Virus record (IMG/VR): IMGVR_UViG_3300025066_000067
Coordinates: 1-37,795 of that record
Strand: one strand, 5' to 3'
DNA: 37,795 bases
From: a virus
Taxonomy: Duplodnaviria > Caudoviricetes
The notes under the pieces were generated by a model that saw nothing but the letters and a program-made list of their open reading frames with translations, was not told where the DNA came from and did not search any database. Positions 36,513 to 37,795 of the stretch are shown piece after piece. How positions within the stretch are numbered: position 1 is the first letter of the stretch; each line of letters begins with the position of its first letter. Made by a program: the position numbers and the translations under genes.

Positions 36513-37795
36513 ATGCCTTCATATAATAAAAAAGAATTTAAAGAATCAAATGTGAAGTATCTAAATAAAGATTTTTCAAGTTTAAAAGGTTCACTTGTAA
36601 ATTATGCCAAATCTTATTTTCCAAATACATATAGAGATTTTAATGAAACATCACCTGGAATGATGTTAATAGAAATGAGTGCTTATGTAGGTGATGTATT
36701 ATCATTTTACATTGACCAACAATATCGTGAAATGATGTTACCATTAGCAGAAGAAAGAAGAAATGTTGTTAATATGGCGAAGATGTTAGGATACAAAGTT
36801 AAACCAATTGTTCCTGCATATGTTGATTTAACATTTAAACAGGATGTTGCTATTGTAAGTGGAGATGCGAGTAACGTAGATTATAGTGTAGCTGGTACTT
36901 TCGATAAAGGAATATCAGTAACATCAACAACAAATTCAGATATAATATTTGAAACATTAGAAGAAGTTGATTTTACAATAACTGGTTCTAATGATGTAGG
37001 AGATGGTTCTACACCAACGATAGATTCAAATAGTGGATTAGCAACTCAATATACACTTTCAAGAACTGTTAAAGCCGTGAGTGCTGAAACAAAAACAAAA
37101 TCATTTGACGTAACATCACCAACAAAATTCTTAAAACTAACTATATCAGACACAAATGTAATTGATATAACTAATGTAACAGATTCAAATGGGAATAAGT
37201 GATATGAAGTTGATTATTTAGCACAAGATAAAGTTCCAATCGAAACTCATTATACTTCAAACGATAGAGATAATGCCTATGTAGATTTTGATGGTAATCA
37301 ATCTGATGTTCCAGTTCCATATTCACTTGAATATATAAAAACAAGTAAAAGATTTATAACAGAAATAAATGAAGACAACACAACATCATTAGTATTCGGT
37401 AATGGTATATTAAAAAATGGAACAACTCTTGATGGTGGATTTTTAGATTTAGAACAAGCAGGAATCTCAATTCCAGGACAAACAGATGATTTAGTTTCAT
37501 CAATCAATCCATTACTTGGAGATGAATATTCTACATTAGGAGAAACACCAGTTCAAACAACTTTAACTGTAACTTATAGAGTTGGTGGTGGTATATCATC
37601 TAATGTTCCAAAGGGTGATTTAACATCATTGGGAACAACATCATTGACAGGTGGTGCTGGTTCAATATCATCAGTAACAAACAACATTCCAGCAAGAGGT
37701 GGAAAAAATCAAGATAGTATTAATGAGATACGAGAAAAAACAAAAGCGTTCTTTACAACACAAAATAGAGCAGTAACAAAAGAAGATTACGAAGC
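36513..37795 (+). CDS. baseplate wedge subunit, gp6-like; in-frame TGA at 37200-37202; runs off window end
   Basis: N-terminal KDF..LK, G.MLIE..AYVGDVLSFY; after TGA the frame stays open ~197 codons with LVFGNG, TYRVGGG, QNRAVTKEDY. Confidence 0.88.

Noticed and set aside
37200-37260. Selenocysteine codon or intron in gp6
   Set aside because: Position looks like Trp rather than Cys, no SECIS-like hairpin is evident, and the frame resumes immediately with no insertion
458-37507. All minus-strand ORFs and nested alternative-frame + ORFs in the track
   Set aside because: They shadow well-supported + strand genes, lack RBSs or motifs and have atypical composition
1-37795. Genome-wide genetic code 4 or 15
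   Set aside because: Trp is almost always TGG, TGA and TAG terminate many genes at plausible ends, and long ORFs are intact under code 11
1-37795. Bacterial chromosome origin of the window
   Set aside because: Baseplate genes, gp55-like sigma, dense small ORFs and single-strand coding indicate a phage with auxiliary genes

Overview
AT-rich (about 30% GC by eye) fragment of a large, probably T4-like myovirus, with essentially all genes on the + strand. Left (1-17 kb): early/accessory region of small ORFs driven by a repeated TTGAC-N-TATATT promoter family with a near-fixed 18-bp spacer. It includes a DnaA-box cluster (candidate origin), candidate structured ncRNAs, a split MoxR-type AAA+/HExxH-VWA pair and a GmrSD-like DUF262-HNH protein. 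Middle: auxiliary genes (5'-nucleotidase, Hsp20, trypsin-like protease, peptide deformylase, IMPDH/GMP reductase, tmRNA, atypical tRNA(CAT), porin-like protein, PhoH) and a 7-deazaguanine operon (queD-queE-folE-queC, PRTase, DpdA/TGT-like, HD hydrolase). Right: gp55-like late sigma factor and baseplate genes. The two most notable signals are in-frame TGA codons at Trp-like positions in at least three genes, including baseplate gp6, and the PRTase/HD-augmented deazaguanine operon. Product calls rest on motif recognition only; no database search was run.
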